A DNA stretch of 64,000 nucleotides. It comes from Chromatiales bacterium (lineage in GTDB: Bacteria; Pseudomonadota; Gammaproteobacteria; JAJPIJ01). The stretch lies in NCBI GenBank assembly GCA_052388435.1, contig JBQTIC010000059.1, positions 14,395-78,394 on the forward strand, read 5' to 3'. Position 1 is the first letter of the stretch. Each line of letters starts with the position of its first letter. The notes beneath the pieces were generated by a model that saw only the letters and a program-made list of their open reading frames with translations, had not been told where the DNA came from and did no database searches. Of this stretch, positions 59,297 to 64,000 are shown one piece after another. The translations under genes and the position numbers were made by a program.

Positions 59297-60952
59297 TCAC
59301 TGGGCACCACGGGTGAAGTCGCCGGCGCGATCGAGGTCTTCCAGGGAATTCACATCGAGCCAATGACCGTTGATGTAGAGCACGCGGATCGGCCGTGCCT
59401 GTTCCACGAGATAGTTGAGGACGTGTGGAAGACCGAGCACGTGATAGTCGGCACGCCGCTTCATCGCCCCGAGGGCCTCGAGCAGCCAGCCTCGTCCCGC
59501 GCCACGCACGCGCAGCATGCCGATCCAGCGCCCGGAACAGCGCTCCGCTGCCGCGCCGGTTTCCTTGCCGACACGCAGCAGGCGCACGTCGTGATCCAAC
59601 ACCGCGCGGTCATCGGGCACCGAGCACCACGCGTAGTCCGGAGAGCCGCTGGCGGGTTGGGTCGCAGTCGCGGAATCCACTACCGTCACGATCTCACCGT
59701 CGCTGTCGAGCAGGTCGCGCAGGATGTAGCTGCGGAACAGCAGGTCCCCGTAAAGGATGACTGTGTCATCGCCAACGTCGCTCTCCGCGCAGACCAGAGA
59801 GGCGAGCTCGCCGGTGGTAGCGTAATGAGGATTGACGGTCACCTTGATTCCGGGTACATCGATGGCGTCAGCGCGGTAGCCGGCGACCACGGTCGTGTCG
59901 TTGATGCCCTCCCTCTTGAATTCGTCGATCAGCCGGCGCAGCAGTGGCTTGCCGCTGATGGACAGCATGACCTTGGGCCGCGACTGCGTGAGCCGTTCCA
60001 GCTCGTCACCGCGGCTGGCAGCGAGAACGATCGCGCGGGGACGAGCCTGGCTACCTCCCGCATAACGCAGCTCCGCCTCCTTCAACTCGGCTGCGCCCTG
60101 CAGGCGGAAGATCTCGTTCACGGAGGCAATTCCGTCTTCGACGTTGAGCAGGCTCCCGGTGCGCTGGATCTCGCTGGCCACCGACTGCATCGCCGCGACC
60201 GCGGCGCGGACCATATGATTGGCCCAGATGACCAGGCTGATCCTGGCGCGCCTGTAAACCTCCACCGGTGTCGAGTAATACTTGGTCGGGACTATGATGA
60301 CGGGCGCGCGATTGCACCACTCCTTCGCGAAGGCAAGGATCTCTTCCGCGCGCGACAGTTTGCTGTGGATGAGGATGGCGTCGGCCCCGGCTTGCCGGTA
60401 TGCGTCGGCGCGGCGAATCGCTTCCGTCATGTCCCAGCCGGCGATGAGCGCTTCGACGCGCGCGACGATGCAAAAGTCGCGGTCGTTCTGACTGTCCTTG
60501 CCGGCCTTGATCTTGCCGCAGAACTCGTCGATGTCGGCGAGAGGCTGCCGCTCGCCGTCGATGAAGCTGTTGGCCTTCGGAAAGAGCTTGTCCTCAATGC
60601 AGACGCCCGCGACATTGCGTTGTTCGAGCTTGCGCACCAGCCGGCGCATGTTATTGAAATTGCCGTAGCCGGTGTCGCCGTCGAGCAGGATCGGGATGGT
60701 GGTGGCGTCAGTCATGAATTCCAGCATGTCCACCACCTGCGTCCAGCTTGCCTCGTTGTTGTCGCGCACGCCGAACTGCGCCGACACTGCCAGACCGCTC
60801 GCCCAGATGCCTTTGAAGCCGGCCTCCTCGACGATGCGCGCGGACAGACCATTGTGCGCTTCCATGATGAACTCAAGCTCAGGCGATAGCAGCAACTGCC
60901 GTAGTCGCGCGGCACGGCTCGAGCGCGCGGTGATGAGCTCTGGCTTGTTCAT
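59297..60952 (-). CDS. pepM: Phosphoenolpyruvate mutase fused to a C-terminal nucleotidyltransferase-like domain
   Basis: [24 protein letters not shown] mutase signature [18 protein letters not shown]; tail [21 protein letters not shown]. Confidence 0.96.
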   Translation of the reverse strand: MNKPELITARSSRAARLRQLLLSPELEFIMEAHNGLSARIVEEAGFKGIWASGLAVSAQFGVRDNNEASWTQVVDMLEFMTDATTIPILLDGDTGYGNFNNMRRLVRKLEQRNVAGVCIEDKLFPKANSFIDGERQPLADIDEFCGKIKAGKDSQNDRDFCIVARVEALIAGWDMTEAIRRADAYRQAGADAILIHSKLSRAEEILAFAKEWCNRAPVIIVPTKYYSTPVEVYRRARISLVIWANHMVRAAVAAMQSVASEIQRTGSLLNVEDGIASVNEIFRLQGAAELKEAELRYAGGSQARPRAIVLAASRGDELERLTQSRPKVMLSISGKPLLRRLIDEFKREGINDTTVVAGYRADAIDVPGIKVTVNPHYATTGELASLVCAESDVGDDTVILYGDLLFRSYILRDLLDSDGEIVTVVDSATATQPASGSPDYAWCSVPDDRAVLDHDVRLLRVGKETGAAAERCSGRWIGMLRVRGAGRGWLLEALGAMKRRADYHVLGLPHVLNYLVEQARPIRVLYINGHWLDVNSLEDLDRAGDFTRGAQ

Positions 60953-61695
60953 GTGTCTGCGTTGAGTTGCGGCAGGATCTCGCGGTCGGCGCGCGCGATG
61001 TCCTCCGGGAAGTCAATCTCGACCCAGGGCAGGCCAGTCACGTCCTCGAAGCCGAAGACCCCCGGTGTCGCAAGCAGCAGGTCGCGAATGGCCTCCTCAT
61101 AGGGCTCCTGGCGCCGGCCGCCGTTAACGTAGTCCTCCGTCATCCGGGCTAGCCGCCCCGCGGTCCTCTCCTCGAAGCGGAAGAACCCCACCGATTCGCC
61201 CACGAAATCATACTCCAGATCCGCCGTGATCCGCTTGCGGAACTCCACCAGGCGGCCGTCGCGCACGCACAGTTTCACCGGCTCCTCGCCAGGCTCGAAA
61301 TCGCGGTCGAGCAGGAAGCAGTTGGGCTTGTTCGTGCTGACGAGCCGCTCGAGCAACACGGGATGGTAGAGCACATCCGCATCCATGAGGATCACGTCCC
61401 CTCCGGGGCGCAGGTAGTGGCGCATCGCCCAGAGGCTGACGACGCTGCCTTCGCGATAGTCTGGGTTGAGCACCGTGGAGATGAGCTTGGCGTGAGGGCT
61501 CGCCGCCACGGCCTCGCGCAGCATTCCCGCCTCGTGCCCCACGCATAGGGCGACATGGCCAACGCCGAGATCGGCGAGACATTCAAGATGGTGCGCGAGC
61601 AGCGTCCTGCCGCCGAAGGCGAGAAGGCTCTTCGGACCGTGATGAGCGTCGCCGAGGCGGCGGCCGACTCCGGCGGAGAGGATGATGGCTCTCAT
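60949..61695 (-). CDS. Phosphocholine cytidylyltransferase family (PntC-like)
   Basis: [39 protein letters not shown]. Confidence 0.88.
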   Translation of the reverse strand: MRAIILSAGVGRRLGDAHHGPKSLLAFGGRTLLAHHLECLADLGVGHVALCVGHEAGMLREAVAASPHAKLISTVLNPDYREGSVVSLWAMRHYLRPGGDVILMDADVLYHPVLLERLVSTNKPNCFLLDRDFEPGEEPVKLCVRDGRLVEFRKRITADLEYDFVGESVGFFRFEERTAGRLARMTEDYVNGGRRQEPYEEAIRDLLLATPGVFGFEDVTGLPWVEIDFPEDIARADREILPQLNADT

Positions 61696-61754
61696 TTACG
61701 CGTGACTGGTAATTCGCGCTTGCTCAGTGGTGAACAGCCCGCCACCCAAGGTTG

Positions 61755-61789
61755 TTACCAGCCACTAATTACCGATTACCAATCACCGG
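61755..61789. repeat. Five degenerate 7-bp tandem units (YYACYRR)
   Basis: TTACCAG CCACTAA TTACCGA TTACCAA TCACCGG; the last unit contains the oxygenase stop. Confidence 0.6.
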
Positions 61790-62499
61790 CTTCTGAACAC
61801 CTGGCGGAAGCCGAAGTAGGCAATAGCGTCCTTCATGTTGGAGACGAAGCGCCCAACCTTGCTTATCTCGGCGCTGGTCACGTATTCGAGCGTCAGGACG
61901 ACGCGCTCCTCATTCTCCCCGAGAGGGGTGACGCGGTGCCACAGCTTGTCGCCGTTGAAGACGACCAGCGTGCCCGGCGCGAGCGAAACGCTGTGGTGCT
62001 CGCTCGTACGGCCGGGATTGTCGCGGTGAAGTTGGAACTCCAGCTTGCAACTGGAGCGGTCGATGAGGCCGATGAGCACGGTGTAGCGCTCGCCACGATA
62101 GTAGGAGGTGTCGTAGTGCCAGCCGATGTGATCGCCAACCTCCGTGTAGTAATAAAGTGCGTAAGTGTGCGGGTCCTCGCGGGGGCAGGATTGCAGTGCC
62201 CTGTCGGTCAACGCCTTTAAAAAGCCGGCCAGCTCCAGGGATCTGTAGACCGCGGCAAACTGCGGCGCGTGGCGGTCCAGATCGAAGCGGCTGACACTGC
62301 CTCCCTTCTTGTGACCGGGCAGATAGTTGCGGTTAACGCGCGCCTTGAGCGCCGGAAGGGTCGCAAGTAGCGGGTCGAGCACGGAACGCGGCAGGAAATC
62401 CTCGATGACCAGGGCCTCATCCTGCTCATGAAACCGCTTTCGTAACTGTTGCATGTCGAGACCGGCAATGCGTTCGCGCAGCAACGACTCGAACTCCAT
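61783..62499 (-). CDS. 2OG-Fe(II) oxygenase superfamily protein
   Basis: HxD motif in GWHYD, distal His in LWHRVTP, Arg in ERVVL; start at ATG 62499. Confidence 0.85.
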   Translation of the reverse strand: MEFESLLRERIAGLDMQQLRKRFHEQDEALVIEDFLPRSVLDPLLATLPALKARVNRNYLPGHKKGGSVSRFDLDRHAPQFAAVYRSLELAGFLKALTDRALQSCPREDPHTYALYYYTEVGDHIGWHYDTSYYRGERYTVLIGLIDRSSCKLEFQLHRDNPGRTSEHHSVSLAPGTLVVFNGDKLWHRVTPLGENEERVVLTLEYVTSAEISKVGRFVSNMKDAIAYFGFRQVFRSR

Positions 62500-62509
62500 A
62501 GCAAGTCTT

Positions 62510-63157
62510 TCACAACAGAGGGTCAGGCAGAACGCTTCGAGCGATGTGGCGCCAGCGCCGATGCTCGCAGATGGTCCACGCAACGTACGCCAGCGTCCCC
62601 AGTCCGTAAGGGATGAAAAACCAGTGTACGCCGAGCAACCAGGTAATGGGGCCGATGAGGTAGATGAAATCCTCGATCTCAAAACCGGAAAAGTACGGGT
62701 GCTTCACTGACTGCTTGCCGAACCTCTCCTCCATGCGCATGCGCAGCGTCAGGATTAACGGGTTGGAGAGACCGGCGAGGAAGCCGAGCAGGAGCGCCCA
62801 GATGCCCATCGGTCCGTGCGACAGACCCACGCCGATGCCGATGAACAACATCGTGTAGTTGACGCCGCCGACAATGAAATCGTAACGATGTCCGAATGGA
62901 CTGGTCCTGCCGGACAGGCGCGCGAGTTCGCCGTCGGTGTGATCCGTGAAGACCGCCAGCATGTAGATGCCAGCCGCGAGGCCGGCCATGTCAGGACCGC
63001 CCAAGGCAAAGAGGAGTGCCGCGGTCAGGCCGAACAGCAGGCTCAGCGTGGTCAGGTGATTGGGGTGCACCGGTGTACACACGAGCGGGCGCACGACAAG
63101 ACGCGCAAGGCGCTGGTCGTAGGGGATCTCGCTGCCGGGCACGGCGGTGGTCGTCAT
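62510..63157 (-). CDS. CDP-alcohol phosphatidyltransferase family
   Basis: PNHLTTLS, DHTDGELARLSGRTSPFGHRYD signature. Confidence 0.9.
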   Translation of the reverse strand: MTTTAVPGSEIPYDQRLARLVVRPLVCTPVHPNHLTTLSLLFGLTAALLFALGGPDMAGLAAGIYMLAVFTDHTDGELARLSGRTSPFGHRYDFIVGGVNYTMLFIGIGVGLSHGPMGIWALLLGFLAGLSNPLILTLRMRMEERFGKQSVKHPYFSGFEIEDFIYLIGPITWLLGVHWFFIPYGLGTLAYVAWTICEHRRWRHIARSVLPDPLL

Positions 63158-63358
63158 AGGACCCGAGGATCGTTATCAGGGGACGCTAACGGCGTGTTTG
63201 GAGCCGGGAAGGCGGCCGCCTTTATAACCGGATAGTCTGTTGCGTTCAACTGCGGGAATCCGTAACACCCCGCTCGTCCCCGCCTTTGTTGGCGGACGGG
63301 CCGTGTGCGAGCATAGGGGAGAAGGGCGCTGAGGCCCCGGCAGAATCGAGGCAAGAGG

Positions 63359-64000
63359 ATGTCAGAGCTGAATCCGTATGCGGCGCCCGCCGCGCGCGTC
63401 GCGGATGTCCTTCCCGCCGGCGCTGTCGAGTTGGCGAGACCGGAGACGCGGCTTTGGGCCTGTCTTGTGGACGCCATTCTATACACGGCTATCGGCGCAG
63501 TCGGGACCGCCACCGGGCTGATGCTCGCGCAGATGCCTGTCGCCGAACCACTGGGCGAGCACCCCACCGTGGGTGAGTTCTTTGCCGCCGCCGCGCTTGC
63601 CGTCATCGGCGCCCTCGCGGCAGTCACGATCCTGTTCATTTATAACTGCGTGTTGCTCTATCGCAGCGGCCAGACGGTGGCCAAGCGGATGTTCCAGATC
63701 CGGATCGTGCGGCCCGATGGCCGTCGCGCCAGCTTCACGCGCATACTGCTGCTACGCAAGGTCCTGCAGTGGGTGCTGCAGTCCATACCCCTTTGGGATC
63801 GGAATCGTGTACTGGCTCATCGATTCGCTCTGCATCGTCCGCGCCGACCGCCGCTGCGTGCACGATCACGTCACAAACGCCGGCGCGGCGAAGGGCTGGA
63901 GTTTCACCAGTTGCGTGAGTACCGCGGGGGCGACAGCCTGCGGCAAATCGACTGGAAGGCGACCTCCCGCCAACGAAAGCTGGTCTCTCGAGAGTACCAG
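63359..64000 (+). pseudogene. Chimeric open frame: RDD-family N-terminus joined to an internal part of a DUF58 protein; runs off the window
   Basis: MSELNPYAAP...RLWACLVD...GQTVAKR...; the RDD C-terminus (IDSLC..RRCVHDH) is in another frame after 63791; GEGLEFHQLREY..DSLRQIDWKATSR from about 63872 is in the ATG frame. Confidence 0.7.

Noticed and set aside
58924-59310. 128-aa ORF between pepM and ppd as a real gene
   Set aside because: No RBS or family motif, and the frame crosses hairpin repeats; kept only as an unexplained spacer
61783-62499. BesD-like halogenase or methylphosphonate synthase
   Set aside because: The HxD carboxylate is retained (halogenases have HxG/A); the fold cues are 2OG-type, and the pathway goes to AEP rather than 2-HEP (no alcohol dehydrogenase seen)

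Overview
64 kb of a GC-rich proteobacterial chromosome, with a gene complement typical of Gammaproteobacteria. No rRNA, tRNA, CRISPR array, integrase or transposase was recognised. Housekeeping genes: rlmI, nth, fdxA, atm1, mutS, htpG, prmB, aroC, glcEF, dxs. Signalling and envelope modules: (1) an overlap-coupled operon joining a sigma-less partner-switching module (GAF-PP2C, RsbW-like kinase, STAS) to an MCE lipid transporter (MlaE/F/D plus PqiC-like lipoprotein) and a CHASE2 adenylate cyclase; (2) a convergent CHASE2 Ser/Thr kinase-PP2C-FHA-CBS unit; (3) two paralogous pairs of an exported FecR-domain protein and an alpha/beta-hydrolase lipoprotein, about 53 kb apart, one beside a short-passenger autotransporter-type barrel; (4) hopanoid tailoring/transport genes (hpnH, hpnB, hpnM, vacJ); (5) a phosphonolipid-type cluster (pepM-NTase fusion, ppd, AEP transaminase, cytidylyltransferase, CDP-alcohol transferase) with a 2OG-Fe(II) oxygenase; (6) a rearranged Anbu/alpha-E/CP-ATP-grasp system with no transglutaminase in the window. 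Accessory DNA: two VapC-type TA loci with apparently leaderless, operator-overlapped promoters, a low-GC PD-(D/E)xK nuclease beside mutS, MITE/REP-like palindromes, and five decayed genes (mutM fragment, DUF1841, antitoxin, sensor N-terminus, and an RDD::DUF58 deletion chimera). All family assignments are from motif recognition by eye; no database searches were run.
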